From positions 78,167 to 142,166 of the forward strand of contig JAAXUA010000001.1 of assembly GCA_013336275.1 (NCBI GenBank): a stretch of DNA of 64,000 bases, read 5' to 3'. The notes beneath the pieces were generated by a model, which was not told the DNA's origin, did no database searches, and was given only the letters and a program-made list of their open reading frames with translations. This document shows positions 40,870 to 50,782 of this stretch, one piece after another; positions within the stretch are counted from its first letter, which is position 1; each line of letters starts with the position of its first letter. The translations under genes and the position numbers were made by a program. The DNA comes from Candidatus Falkowbacteria bacterium. Its GTDB lineage: Bacteria; Patescibacteriota; Patescibacteriia; Patescibacteriales; GWE2-39-37.

Positions 40870-42759
40870 ATGGCAAAGATTTTAGGAATCGATTTGGGCA
40901 CGACCAACTGTGCCATGGCCATCATCGAGGGCGGCCAACCGAAGATCCTCGAAAACGCTGAGGGCGCGCGCACGACGCCGTCGATCGTCGCCATCTCCAA
41001 GACTGGCGAACGTTTGGTTGGCTTGGCTGCTAAGCGCCAGTCGGTGACCAATCCGGCGAGCACCGTCTATGCGGTCAAGCGCCTGATCGGCCGCCGCTTC
41101 GAAGATAGCGAGGTTCAGCGCGACCTAGGCGTGATGCCTTATAAGATCGTCAAATCCGGCGAAGGCGTCAAAGTCGTCATGGGCGACAAGGAATATTCAC
41201 CGCAGGAAGTTTCCGCCATGATCCTGTCCAAGCTGAAGGCTGATGCCGAGGCCAAGATCGGAGAAAAGATCACCGAGGCGGTCATCACCGTCCCGGCTTA
41301 CTTCGACGATGCCCAGCGCCAGGCCACCAAGGATGCCGGCCAGATCGCCGGCCTGGAGGTGAAGCGCATCATCAATGAGCCGACCGCGGCTGCTTTGGCT
41401 TACGGTTTCGACAAGAAGGCCGGCCAGCAGATCGTGGTCTACGATTTGGGCGGCGGCACCTTCGACGTTTCGGTCCTGGACATCTCGGCCGATACCGTCG
41501 AGGTCAAGTCGACCAACGGCGACACTCATTTAGGCGGCGAAGACTTCGATCTGCGTATTATTAATTGGATCATTGAAGAGTTTAAGAAAGACCAAGGCAT
41601 CGATCTGAGCAAGGACACCTTGTCCTTGCAGCGGATCAAAGAGGCGGCTGAGAAGGCTAAGATCGAGCTGTCGACTGCTATGGAAACCGAAATCAACCAG
41701 CCGTTCATCACTTCCGATGCCAACGGGCCGAAACACTTGGTCATGAAGATGACTCGCGCCAAGCTCGAGTCGCTGGTTATGGACCTGGTAGAGAAGACCC
41801 TGGAACCGACTAAGAACGCCCTGAAGGATGCAGGCTTGACCGCTTCGCAGATCCAGGAGGTCGTTATGGTCGGCGGCATGACTCGCATGCCTTTGGTGCT
41901 CGCCAAGGTCAAGGAATTTTTCGGCAAGGAGCCGCATCTGGGCGTCAATCCGGACGAGGTTGTGGCTTTGGGTGCAGCCGTCCAGGCCGGCGTCTTGCAG
42001 GGCGACGTCAAAGATGTCCTGCTCTTGGATGTCACTCCATTGACCCTGGGCATCGAGACCCTGGGCGGGGTGGCCACGCCGATCATCGAGCGCAACACCA
42101 CCATCCCGACTTCCAAGTCGCAGACTTTTTCGACAGCCGCTGACAATCAGCCATCGGTCGAGATCCATGTCCTCCAGGGCGAGCGCCCGATGGCGACTGA
42201 CAATAAGTCGCTGGGTCGCTTCATCCTTGACGGCATCCCGCCGGCACCGCGCGGCATCCCGCAGGTCGAGGTCAAATTCGACATCGATGCTAACGGTATC
42301 TTGAATGTCCACGCCAAGGACAAGGCGACCGGCAAGGAACAGAAGATCACTATCACTGCTTCGTCCGGCCTCTCCAAGGACGAGGTGGAGAAGATGAAGA
42401 AGGAAGCCGAGCTGCATGCCGACGAGGACAAGAAGAAGAAGGATGAGATCGAGACCTTGAACCAGGCTGATTCTTTGATATTCACTACGGAAAAACTCTT
42501 GAAGGAATCCGGTGACAAGATGAAGCCGGAGGACAAGACTGAGCTCGAGGCCAAGCTCGAGGAGATCAAGAAGGCTAAAGAGTCCAAGAATGCCGAAGAG
42601 CTCAAGACCAAGATGGAAGAGCTTTCAAATATCGCACAGAAGATTGGCGCGGCCATGTACTCCGCCCAGGGCGGACAGGCAGCAGGTGACAGCTCCGCCC
42701 CAGGCGGGGAAGAGCCGAAGAAGGACGAAGGTCCGGTCGAAGGCGAAGTCGTGAATTAA
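40870..42759 (+). CDS. dnaK: Molecular chaperone DnaK (Hsp70)
   Basis: Contains [22 protein letters not shown] and [10 protein letters not shown], with a C-terminal lid and a Gly/Glu-rich tail. Confidence 0.98.
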   Translation: MAKILGIDLGTTNCAMAIIEGGQPKILENAEGARTTPSIVAISKTGERLVGLAAKRQSVTNPASTVYAVKRLIGRRFEDSEVQRDLGVMPYKIVKSGEGVKVVMGDKEYSPQEVSAMILSKLKADAEAKIGEKITEAVITVPAYFDDAQRQATKDAGQIAGLEVKRIINEPTAAALAYGFDKKAGQQIVVYDLGGGTFDVSVLDISADTVEVKSTNGDTHLGGEDFDLRIINWIIEEFKKDQGIDLSKDTLSLQRIKEAAEKAKIELSTAMETEINQPFITSDANGPKHLVMKMTRAKLESLVMDLVEKTLEPTKNALKDAGLTASQIQEVVMVGGMTRMPLVLAKVKEFFGKEPHLGVNPDEVVALGAAVQAGVLQGDVKDVLLLDVTPLTLGIETLGGVATPIIERNTTIPTSKSQTFSTAADNQPSVEIHVLQGERPMATDNKSLGRFILDGIPPAPRGIPQVEVKFDIDANGILNVHAKDKATGKEQKITITASSGLSKDEVEKMKKEAELHADEDKKKKDEIETLNQADSLIFTTEKLLKESGDKMKPEDKTELEAKLEEIKKAKESKNAEELKTKMEELSNIAQKIGAAMYSAQGGQAAGDSSAPGGEEPKKDEGPVEGEVVN

Positions 42760-42770
42760 TATTCTCATAG

Positions 42771-42796
42771 ATTGCCCGAACTCGCGTTCGGGCAAT
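42771..42796 (+). terminator. Hairpin after dnaK (possible terminator, no U-tract)
   Basis: 11-bp stem attgcccgaac-tcgc-gttcgggcaat. Confidence 0.45.
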
Positions 42797-42927
42797 CGCT
42801 TGAGAAGGTTAGTTGTTCATTCCATACCAAAAGGAGCTTCCATGAAAACGACAGCCAACAGGGCGGTAGTGGAATTCATTCTTGTTTCTGATTAAGATGT
42901 CAAACTCTCAGCCAAGGAGGTCAGCAC

Positions 42928-43230
42928 ATGGAATCACGCGCGTTCGGTGAATTCGGAAACGGAGTCTGGAACCTGTTCGCAGCCTTATTCGAGGCTTCGG
43001 CACCGGTGCTCTTGGGTCATTGGGTCATGACGACCATTGTTTCGTTAGCCACCCTGTACATGGCGGCTAACATCTGGATGATCAGGCAATCGTACGGCTC
43101 CATCGCAGGAGCTTTTAAGGAAGGTGGTCCGAAGGAAGGCCTCATGATGCTTTTTCTCGGAGTGCCGCAGACGATCTGGATCTTTTTCAAACTTCTTTCG
43201 CCCGAAGATGGCGAAGAGGATGAAGCTTAA
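42928..43230 (+). CDS. Hypothetical membrane protein (100 aa)
   Basis: AAGGAGG lies 7 nt upstream. It has two or three hydrophobic helices and an acidic C-terminus. Confidence 0.55.
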   Translation: MESRAFGEFGNGVWNLFAALFEASAPVLLGHWVMTTIVSLATLYMAANIWMIRQSYGSIAGAFKEGGPKEGLMMLFLGVPQTIWIFFKLLSPEDGEEDEA

Positions 43231-43288
43231 GCTATGGGGCATGTGTAAGCATGCCCCGACCTCGTCAATTAAATTTTAAAATATTCCC

Positions 43289-43612
43289 ATGTCAAACCAA
43301 GCGCAACCCCAGCCTCAGCCAACGCCATCCCAGCCGGGAGGCAGGCAAGAAATTCAGATCGCTGACAACATCCCTGGGGCCGAGTATGCTAATCTGATGC
43401 AGGTCAGTACGCCGAGCAAAGATGAGTTCCACTTGAATTTCATCACCATCTCCGGCACCAGCGGCCGAGTGGTTTCCAAAATTATCACCAATCCGGGACA
43501 CTTCAAGCGCATTGCCGTTTTGATGAGCAAGCTGGTTGAGGATTATGAGACCAAATTCGGCAAGATCGAGGAAGCGCCGGAGACTAATAAGGAAATCGGA
43601 TTCAAAGAATAA
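43289..43612 (+). CDS. Small conserved protein, DUF3467-like (assignment from memory)
   Basis: The core [22 protein letters not shown] resembles the DUF3467 signature. The stop is 1 nt before the dnaJ ATG. Confidence 0.5.
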   Translation: MSNQAQPQPQPTPSQPGGRQEIQIADNIPGAEYANLMQVSTPSKDEFHLNFITISGTSGRVVSKIITNPGHFKRIAVLMSKLVEDYETKFGKIEEAPETNKEIGFKE

Positions 43613-43613
43613 G

Positions 43614-44711
43614 ATGAGCAAAGACTATTACAATATATTAGGCGTCGACAAGGGCGCATCACCGGACGACATCAAGAAGGCCTTCCGCAAGAAGGCGCAT
43701 GAGTTTCATCCGGATAAACCGCATGGCGATGAAGCTAAATTCAAGGAAATCAACGAGGCCTATCAGGTGTTGGGCGATGCTAACAAGCGCGCCCAGTATG
43801 ACCGCTTCGGCTCGAATTTCGAGCAGGCTCAGGGAGCTGGCGGTTTCAACGGCTTCGAGGGGTTTCGGGATTTTTCCGGTTTCGCTCAGGGCTTCAATGG
43901 CCAGAATGGAGTAGAGTTCGACCTGAATGACCTTGGCGATATGTTCGGCGGGATGTTCGGCTTCGGTGGTGGCGGGCGCAGCAAGCGCCAGAGCCGCGGT
44001 CAGGACCTGGAGATGACCCTGACTATAGAATTCGAAGAAGCGATTTTCGGCCTTGAGAGGGAATTGCAGCTCAAGCGCCTTAAGGCCTGCGATCGTTGCC
44101 ATGGCAACGGCGCCGAACCAGGAGCCAAGATCGAGACATGTTCAACCTGCCATGGCACTGGGCGCGTTACTCGAGTGCAGAGGACTATTTTGGGCAATAT
44201 CCAGACTCAGACGGCTTGCTCGGCTTGCCGCGGCGAAGGCAAGATCCCTTCGAAGAAATGCAGTAAGTGCGACGGCTTGGGCGTGACCAAGGAAGTCGAT
44301 AAGCTCAGCGTCAAGATACCGGCCGGCATCGATGACGGCCAGACGATCCGTCTGACTGGGCAAGGCGAAGCCGGGCCGCATGGCGCGCCAGCAGGCGATC
44401 TGTATCTGCGCATCCGAGTCGTCCCCTCCAAGAAGTTCACCCGTGAAGGCGATAATATCATTTCCAAGATTGAAATCACGATGGTTCAAGCCGCCTTGGG
44501 AGACAAGGTGCCGGTCCTGACGGTTGACGGGGAAGTGACACTGAAAATTCCCGATGGAACTCAGTCGGGCAAGGTTTTTATCTTGCGCGAACGGGGCGTG
44601 CCGAAGCTTAACGGCCGCGGCCGCGGAGACCATTTGGTAACGGTTGTCGTAAAGACGCCGACAGGGCTCAACCGGCAACAAAGGAAATTATTGGAAGAAT
44701 TGGGCCTGTAA
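43614..44711 (+). CDS. dnaJ: Co-chaperone DnaJ (type I: J domain, G/F region, 4x CxxCxGxG zinc finger)
   Basis: Contains DYYNILGV...HPDK, the GGFNGFEGF region, [24 protein letters not shown] and CSKCDGLG. The start is at ATG 43614, and the 26-aa Arg-rich track extension is rejected. Confidence 0.95.
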   Translation: MSKDYYNILGVDKGASPDDIKKAFRKKAHEFHPDKPHGDEAKFKEINEAYQVLGDANKRAQYDRFGSNFEQAQGAGGFNGFEGFRDFSGFAQGFNGQNGVEFDLNDLGDMFGGMFGFGGGGRSKRQSRGQDLEMTLTIEFEEAIFGLERELQLKRLKACDRCHGNGAEPGAKIETCSTCHGTGRVTRVQRTILGNIQTQTACSACRGEGKIPSKKCSKCDGLGVTKEVDKLSVKIPAGIDDGQTIRLTGQGEAGPHGAPAGDLYLRIRVVPSKKFTREGDNIISKIEITMVQAALGDKVPVLTVDGEVTLKIPDGTQSGKVFILRERGVPKLNGRGRGDHLVTVVVKTPTGLNRQQRKLLEELGL

Positions 44712-44725
44712 TAGCGATTTTAAAG

Positions 44726-44759
44726 AATCCTCGAGAAGCATATTCCTGAGGATTTTTTG
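44726..44759 (+). terminator. Rho-independent terminator after dnaJ
   Basis: Stem aatcctc/gaggatt followed by T5. Confidence 0.6.
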
Positions 44760-44786
44760 TTAAATAGGATACAAGTCTTCGTATTA

Positions 44787-44815
44787 TTGACAAAAATACA
44801 TTTTAAGGTTATATT
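44787..44815 (+). promoter_or_regulatory. Putative sigma70 promoter
   Basis: TTGACA, 17 nt, TATATT. The -35 lies inside the 12-mer ATTGACAAAAAT. Confidence 0.55.
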
Positions 44816-44905
44816 ATAAACTCGTTAATTTGAAATTTCACTGTCTGCACATAGGCAACTAAATATGCCCGTTTTTCGCAGGGTAACCCACAGGAGGAAA
44901 AGACG

Positions 44906-45439
44906 ATGGAAAATTGCGCATGCAGCCCCGGTCCTTTAATGGACCAGATCAGAGCCGTCCGGCCCGAAGACTTTATCGAGCCGCAGATGGCCGAAGGAAC
45001 GTTCGAGCCGATCGAGAAGATGAATCATTTCGAGAAGTGCGCCTTCACTGTCATGATGCGCCTCGACCAGCGGATCAAAGAGCTTCGCGAGGCCATCAAG
45101 GGCGGCCACCTCAAGTCCAACGAGGTCGGTCCGGCCGAGGCGGAAATCAGGGTGCTGGCATCGAAGCGCGATCGGGTCGAAGAGCGGATGTTCTTCTCCA
45201 TCCACGACCGTCTCGACAACTGGGACAAACCGCTTGACGTCAGTAAAGGATGGAAAGTGATCATCCCCGAGGAGCGTGGCCAGATTCATGTCATCGAAGT
45301 GCAGCTCAAATCGCCAGCCGCCCTAGCTTCGATAATCGAAGCAGTGGCCGGCGCCGCCATGAGCGCACAAGAAGTGCCCGGCGCCGCTTGCGCCAAAGGC
45401 TGCCAGATTCACCGCGAAGGCAATGAAACCATGCACTAA
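44906..45439 (+). CDS. Hypothetical 177-aa protein
   Basis: CAGGAGG lies 8 nt upstream, and the gene has its own promoter and terminator. I recognise no motif. Confidence 0.6.
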   Translation: MENCACSPGPLMDQIRAVRPEDFIEPQMAEGTFEPIEKMNHFEKCAFTVMMRLDQRIKELREAIKGGHLKSNEVGPAEAEIRVLASKRDRVEERMFFSIHDRLDNWDKPLDVSKGWKVIIPEERGQIHVIEVQLKSPAALASIIEAVAGAAMSAQEVPGAACAKGCQIHREGNETMH

Positions 45440-45463
45440 GTAACAAACCCATCTTAACGAACC

Positions 45464-45493
45464 GGGCCGCTATCAAAGCGGCCCTATTTTTTT
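45464..45493 (+). terminator. Rho-independent terminator
   Basis: Hairpin gggccgc-tatcaaa-gcggccc followed by taT7. Confidence 0.8.
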
Positions 45494-45532
45494 GCTCTGG
45501 ACGGCACGCTTAATCGGTCTTATACTGATTAT

Positions 45533-46042
45533 ATGTTTGAAGAGCAATTAGAATTATTCAATCAGCCGAAAAAGGAAAAACCGGCAGTCGAGTCTAAATT
45601 GGAGGGCAGGTTTTCACCTGCCTTTTTGGCGGCCATAAGGCTATTCTTGCAGGAAAAACTCGCTATCGCGGACAAAGACAAAAAGGATTTCGACCTGCCC
45701 CGCCTGCTGACCGAGCTGAAAAAAAGCGGCGAGGGTTTTGACGCCTATGACCAGGTCATAGCACTGGCCCATTATCGGGAGGTGGCTGGCGTCAGCGATG
45801 AGCCGGCTGCTCGGCGCAAAGCGCAAAAGGATGTTAATTATGAAATGGCCAGATTGGCACGCGAGTTCGACCTGCCGCTTTTCGCCCCCGCTTATCCGAA
45901 ACTCAAAGAACGGCCTGTCGAAACACCGGTTGAGAAGGCTGCAGAGATACGTGAGCCGGCAGATAATGGCAACCCGAAATTATTCAGGCGGGGAGGCCCC
46001 TTTATCAGCTACTCGCACAATGAAGAAGAAGAAAGGAAATAA
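45533..46042 (+). CDS. Hypothetical 169-aa protein
   Basis: An ORF with coding-like composition. TATACT ends 6 nt before the ATG, so it may be leaderless. I recognise no motif. Confidence 0.5.
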   Translation: MFEEQLELFNQPKKEKPAVESKLEGRFSPAFLAAIRLFLQEKLAIADKDKKDFDLPRLLTELKKSGEGFDAYDQVIALAHYREVAGVSDEPAARRKAQKDVNYEMARLAREFDLPLFAPAYPKLKERPVETPVEKAAEIREPADNGNPKLFRRGGPFISYSHNEEEERK

Positions 46043-46046
46043 TCAT

Positions 46047-47171
46047 ATGAAAAATTTAAGGATCAAATTGATATCAAGCGCAGCGCTATTTGTTTTCGGC
46101 CTGTCTCTGGGGTTGCTGCTGTCCGTGCCTTCGCGGCCGGCGCTTGAGGCCGATAATCTGCGGCTTGATGAGCAAGAAGCGACGGTGCGGGCGATCAAAA
46201 AGGTTTCGCCGGCCGTGGTCAATATCGATGTGTATCAGAACGTGAAAACACCGTTGATCCTCTTGGGCAGCGGTACTTCCACGACCGAAAGCAGAAAAGA
46301 AAAAGTCGGCTCCGGCACAGGCTTCCTGATCTCTTCCGACGGCCTGCTTTTGACTAATAAGCATGTCATCGAGGTCCAGGATGCGAGCAAAGCCGAGTAT
46401 AAGGTCATTATGCAGAATGGCAAACAGTATTACGCCCAGCTTATCGGCAAGGACCCGCTGAACGATCTGGCTATCCTGAAGATTTTCGATAAGAATCTGC
46501 CATTCGTCGAATTGGGCGATAGCGACAAATTGGCCCCAGGAATCTCGGTCATCGCCATCGGCAACGCGCTCGGCGTTTATCAGAATAGCGTTACCAAGGG
46601 CATCGTCAGCGGCTTGAATCGCGATATCATAGCCAGCGATCAAGCTGGTTCTCCTGAGAACCTGGGCAACGTGATCCAGACCGATGCCGAAATCAATTTC
46701 GGCAATTCCGGCGGGCCGCTGATCGACCTGGAGGGTAAGCTGGTCGGCATCAATGTCGCTGTCGACGCCTCAGGCTCATCGATCGGCTTCGCCATCGCGG
46801 TCAACGATGCCAAACCGGTCATCAAGAGCGCCCGTGAAGTCGGCCGAATAGTCAGACCGAGACTGGGTGTCCGTTATGTCATGATTACGCCGGATATCGC
46901 TAGGGAAAAGAAACTGACCTTGTCCAACGGCGCTTTGGTTGATAATGGCGGTAGTGGCCAGCCGGCAGTCGCAACAGGTTCTCCGGCCGAGAAAGGCGGA
47001 ATAAAAGCGGGGGATATCATAATCGAAGCCAATGGCACCAAGATCGAAGGCCGTAACACCCTCCTGTCCGTGACCCAGAAGTTCAAGCCGGGCAATGTAC
47101 TGAACCTTAAAATCTGGAGGAATGGCAAGACGATCAAAGCGGCCGTTACCCTGGACGAGTTCAAGCTGTAA
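46047..47171 (+). CDS. htrA: HtrA/DegP-family serine protease with one PDZ domain
   Basis: N-terminal TM, then the catalytic His (LLTNKHV), Asp (DLAILK) and Ser (GNSGGPL), and a PDZ segment (GGIKAGDIIIEANG). The start is at ATG 46047, and the 83-aa track extension overlaps the previous gene. Confidence 0.9.
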   Translation: MKNLRIKLISSAALFVFGLSLGLLLSVPSRPALEADNLRLDEQEATVRAIKKVSPAVVNIDVYQNVKTPLILLGSGTSTTESRKEKVGSGTGFLISSDGLLLTNKHVIEVQDASKAEYKVIMQNGKQYYAQLIGKDPLNDLAILKIFDKNLPFVELGDSDKLAPGISVIAIGNALGVYQNSVTKGIVSGLNRDIIASDQAGSPENLGNVIQTDAEINFGNSGGPLIDLEGKLVGINVAVDASGSSIGFAIAVNDAKPVIKSAREVGRIVRPRLGVRYVMITPDIAREKKLTLSNGALVDNGGSGQPAVATGSPAEKGGIKAGDIIIEANGTKIEGRNTLLSVTQKFKPGNVLNLKIWRNGKTIKAAVTLDEFKL

Positions 47172-47250
47172 TTTCACCCGAAGTGCAATTTTTGCTATAA
47201 TTGAATCATCTGTCCATCCGGGCTTCCGGAGGGACTATAACTAACTAAAA

Positions 47251-49005
47251 ATGAGCCAGCTCATTTTCATGCTTATGAGCAGAACTTATCTCCAGCGCAA
47301 AAGTCTGCTTGCGCTTTTCATGATTGCTATTTTCGCAATCTCTTTTAATGTGACTCAAGGCGCCGCCACGCCGCCGCCAGCTCCTCTGCTTAAGCCGACA
47401 GGCATCAGGCTCGAATATCTGGGCCGCGACAATTACGGCTATAACTACCGCGTTTATTTGATGGTCAAGAACGAGGGCGGTGCCATGACTCCTAACAACA
47501 CCACCACGACCCCGGCAATCATGCTAAATATAAATGATAGCAGCGGCTATGGAACGGTCGCAGTCAGGGAGTTCCCGATGCTGGCGGCTGGCGCTGAATA
47601 TGCCGTCGCCTACACCCCCGCCAACCCGATTACGGCTTTTACCTATTCGCCCGGCGTGGCAGCTCCGGCCCCAGACTACAGAGGGCTTGCTGGCGCCTCT
47701 TTGATTATCCCGACATCGACGCCATATTTGTATGTCCAAGCGGGTATCATGCCTAACTCCAAATGGCTGGCGGATAACAGCCTCTACAAAAAGTTCACTA
47801 AAACCTTCGAAATCAAAGATGGCCGCGCCTTGGAATCGATGCCCGACTTCGTCGTCACCGATGTCAGGGTAATCCAAAGCAATGCGGCCACCAATCAGCA
47901 GTATGCCGCAGCAGTAAAGATCAAGAATATCGGCGGCCCAGCTTATAGTATCAGCGACCTTAAGAATTATAATTCCAACTATGCCGGCCTTGATCCAAGG
48001 AATCTGTTGGTTGCTCTGAGGACCATCGACAAGAATAAGGTAAAGTCCGGTTACCGCGTGGTCGTTAAATCGGCCTCGTCGACAGGAGCGATCATGCCGA
48101 GATTCAAGAGCGGTTTTGAGACTGAGGCCATCTTGCCCTTGCCCTTGAATGCCAAAGATTTGACCGGCTTAAGCCTAAAGGCTCAGGTGAATTTCAATTA
48201 TATCTGGGCCAGGGACAACCTTAATGGCGGCGTTATCAACGGCATCGATCTGCCATTGCAGAATCCTTATAATCCACCGTATGACGGGTTTATCGAATCC
48301 AATCTGAGCAACAACAACTGGGTCGGTTATAAATCCATCGGCAAGCCGGATTTTTCAATCAGCAACCCGAGACTTCTTGGCGTCAAGGAAAACCTGCCAT
48401 TGATGCCAAAGGTCATTTCCAGCTCGACCCCATTCGCTTGCTACCCAGGGCAATTGAAGGGAGACCTTGATCATGACGGAAAAGTGACTGCGAATGACGC
48501 CACCCTGATGACTCAGGCGTACCTGGGGGTACTGAAACCGGTCAATATGTGCTGTGTCGATATTGACGGCAACAGCAAGGTCGAGATCAGCGAACAGCAG
48601 AAGGTAACGAACGCCTCACTTGGCTTGACCAAGCTCGGTTATTGCAGTCCAGCCGTTACCCAGCCTAAATATTTCGCAGTAGCTAATGTGACAAATCAGG
48701 GCGCCCCGGCCTATATCGGTTCTACTACGGTCAGGGTCGCTTTCCGTATCAGTTTCATCGCTGGCGGCAAAGCCAGCACCACTGCGGCCATCGGCTATCT
48801 TTCCTCTAAATCAGGCTGGCTCAACAAAGGCTCGCTGGGCGAGGTCAAGACCGATATGACTGAAATCTTCAAGAAATACGGCACCGGCGGTTTCAGGATT
48901 ACCAAGCACGTAGTAAAGATCGACGCCTCATCAGTCACGGACACGACGAAAGGCGTGCTTATCGAGGCGAATGATTTCAACAATACCGCTTCGTCAAAAC
49001 AGTAA
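47251..49005 (+). CDS. Secreted protein with CARDB-like and dockerin/EF-hand-like modules
   Basis: Signal/TM at the N-terminus. PDFVVTDVRV...KIKNIGGPA is CARDB-like. GDLDHDGKVTANDATLM and DIDGNSKVEISE are dockerin type I-like Ca loops. Confidence 0.6.
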   Translation: MSQLIFMLMSRTYLQRKSLLALFMIAIFAISFNVTQGAATPPPAPLLKPTGIRLEYLGRDNYGYNYRVYLMVKNEGGAMTPNNTTTTPAIMLNINDSSGYGTVAVREFPMLAAGAEYAVAYTPANPITAFTYSPGVAAPAPDYRGLAGASLIIPTSTPYLYVQAGIMPNSKWLADNSLYKKFTKTFEIKDGRALESMPDFVVTDVRVIQSNAATNQQYAAAVKIKNIGGPAYSISDLKNYNSNYAGLDPRNLLVALRTIDKNKVKSGYRVVVKSASSTGAIMPRFKSGFETEAILPLPLNAKDLTGLSLKAQVNFNYIWARDNLNGGVINGIDLPLQNPYNPPYDGFIESNLSNNNWVGYKSIGKPDFSISNPRLLGVKENLPLMPKVISSSTPFACYPGQLKGDLDHDGKVTANDATLMTQAYLGVLKPVNMCCVDIDGNSKVEISEQQKVTNASLGLTKLGYCSPAVTQPKYFAVANVTNQGAPAYIGSTTVRVAFRISFIAGGKASTTAAIGYLSSKSGWLNKGSLGEVKTDMTEIFKKYGTGGFRITKHVVKIDASSVTDTTKGVLIEANDFNNTASSKQ

Positions 49006-49101
49006 AAAGCCTAGGAAATTCTTGCGCTTCAAAACTGAATAGAGTATAATATCAAAGAAATCCACTATTTTGCGGATTTCTTTGTATAAAAGCCTAAAAC
49101 T

Positions 49102-50037
49102 ATGATTGAAATCAAAGATCTGGTAAAGAAGTTCGGCACGGCCAAAGTGCTGGACCAGGTGAGTTTTACGGTCAACAAGGGGGAAATCCTTGGCTTTTTA
49201 GGGCCAAATGGTGCCGGTAAGACCACCACCATGAAAATCATCACCTCGTTCTGGGGTGCGACCAGCGGCAGCGTTTCGATCGACGGCCTCGATGTCGCCG
49301 ACCACTCGCTTGAGACCCGCAAGAAGATTGGCTATCTGCCTGAAAACGTCCCGCTTTATGATGATATGCGGGTAGATGAATACCTCCGTTTCATCGCGGA
49401 GGTGAGACAGGTTGATTCCGATAAGATAAAATCCCGCATCAAGGAGGTAGCCGAGCTGTGCAACCTGGAGAAGGTTTTGCATCGGCCGATAGATGAGCTG
49501 TCCAAGGGGTTCCGCCAGCGTGTCGGCTTGGCCCAGGCCATCATCCATGATCCGGAAATCCTGATCCTGGACGAACCGACGACCGGGCTTGATCCGAATC
49601 AGATCGTCGAGATCCGCGACCTGATCAAGCGTCTGGGCAAAGAAAAAACAGTCATATTTTCAACACATATCTTATCGGAGGTCAGTGCGACCTGCGACCG
49701 GGTCATCATCATCAACAACGGCAAGATAGTCGGCGAGGGCAGTCCGAGCGAGCTAGTAGCCAAGTCCGGCGTCAAGGAATTCCTGACGCTATCCGTGCGC
49801 GGCGACCAATTCGACGTGGTTGAGAAGATCCGCGGAGTCGAATCAGTCGCCCGAGTCGAAGTCAAGCGCTTCGAGGACGGCATCGTGAATCTGGAAATCG
49901 AGCCGGTCGACGGCCACGATCCGCGAGAAGCCGTGATGCGCGTCGTTATCAATTCCGGCTGGGGAATCGTCGAATTCACCCAGAAGCAGCACTCTCTCGA
50001 AGACGTCTTCCGCACCTTAACCGCAATTAACCACTAA
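49102..50037 (+). CDS. ABC transporter ATP-binding protein (ABC-2/GldA-like)
   Basis: Walker A GPNGAGKTT, signature LSKGFRQR and Walker B ILILDEPT. Confidence 0.9.
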   Translation: MIEIKDLVKKFGTAKVLDQVSFTVNKGEILGFLGPNGAGKTTTMKIITSFWGATSGSVSIDGLDVADHSLETRKKIGYLPENVPLYDDMRVDEYLRFIAEVRQVDSDKIKSRIKEVAELCNLEKVLHRPIDELSKGFRQRVGLAQAIIHDPEILILDEPTTGLDPNQIVEIRDLIKRLGKEKTVIFSTHILSEVSATCDRVIIINNGKIVGEGSPSELVAKSGVKEFLTLSVRGDQFDVVEKIRGVESVARVEVKRFEDGIVNLEIEPVDGHDPREAVMRVVINSGWGIVEFTQKQHSLEDVFRTLTAINH

Positions 50038-50041
50038 GCGT

Positions 50042-50773
50042 ATGAATAAGGAATATCTAAAAACGATTTACGTCTTGGGCAAGAAGGAGCTTTGGGGCTA
50101 CTTCAATTCGCCGATCGCCTATATCTTTATCGGCGCGTACCTCATCGTCGGCAACTGGCTCTATTTCAACTCTTTCTTTCTGATCGGCCAGGCCAGCATG
50201 CGCGATTATTTCGCGATCCTGCCTTGGCTGTTCCTCTTCCTTTCTCCGGCCATAACCATGCGCCTTTGGGCCGAGGAGAAAAAATCCGGCACGATCGAAT
50301 TCCTTCTGACCTTGCCGATAACCGACTGGCAGGCTGTGCTGGCCAAGTTCTTTTCGGCCTTGGCTTTCGTTGCGGCCGCGTTGCTCCTGAGCCTGTCGCT
50401 GCCAGTGACTGTCAGCTACTTGGGCGATTTGGAAGTCGGCCCGGTTGTCGGCGGCTATCTGGGGGCCTTGCTCCTGGCTGGAGCCTATCTATCCCTCGGA
50501 CTCTTCATTTCAGCCATGACCAAGAATCAGATAATCGCCTTCGTCTTGGCACTGGCCGGCTGTTTCGGCTTCTTTGTCGTCGGAGCCGATTTCGTGCTTA
50601 TTAGCGCACCTCAATTCGCGGCTCCGATCATGAAGTTCCTCGGTCTCGGCAGCCATTTTTATAACATCGCCAAGGGCGTAATCGATACGAAGGACCTGTT
50701 GTATTATTTCTCCTTCATCTTTTTCTTCCTCTGGCTGAACGCTCGGGTCATCTCGCAGCGTAATTGGCAATAA
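50042..50773 (+). CDS. ABC-2 type transporter permease (GldF-like)
   Basis: A 243-aa protein with 6 TM helices, directly after the ATPase. Confidence 0.8.
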   Translation: MNKEYLKTIYVLGKKELWGYFNSPIAYIFIGAYLIVGNWLYFNSFFLIGQASMRDYFAILPWLFLFLSPAITMRLWAEEKKSGTIEFLLTLPITDWQAVLAKFFSALAFVAAALLLSLSLPVTVSYLGDLEVGPVVGGYLGALLLAGAYLSLGLFISAMTKNQIIAFVLALAGCFGFFVVGADFVLISAPQFAAPIMKFLGLGSHFYNIAKGVIDTKDLLYYFSFIFFFLWLNARVISQRNWQ

Positions 50774-50782
50774 GGCAAACAT

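Noticed and set aside
41526-42656. Three long minus-strand ORFs of 206, 295 and 169 aa.
   Set aside because: They are antisense to dnaK. Long open antisense frames opposite hsp70 genes are a known codon-bias artefact. There are no start signals, and the sequences are Ser/Leu/Asp-rich and repetitive.
42842-42895. 17-codon ORF (MKTTANRAVVEFILVSD) with an AAAGGAG site downstream of dnaK.
   Set aside because: It is too short to support as a gene from sequence alone. It is mentioned in a finding as a possible leader peptide but is not called as a feature.
50092-50604. 170-aa + strand ORF in an alternative frame of the ABC-2 permease gene.
   Set aside because: Its Arg/Pro/Gly-rich translation is typical of an off-frame reading of a membrane-protein gene. 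The annotated frame gives a clean 6-TM permease.
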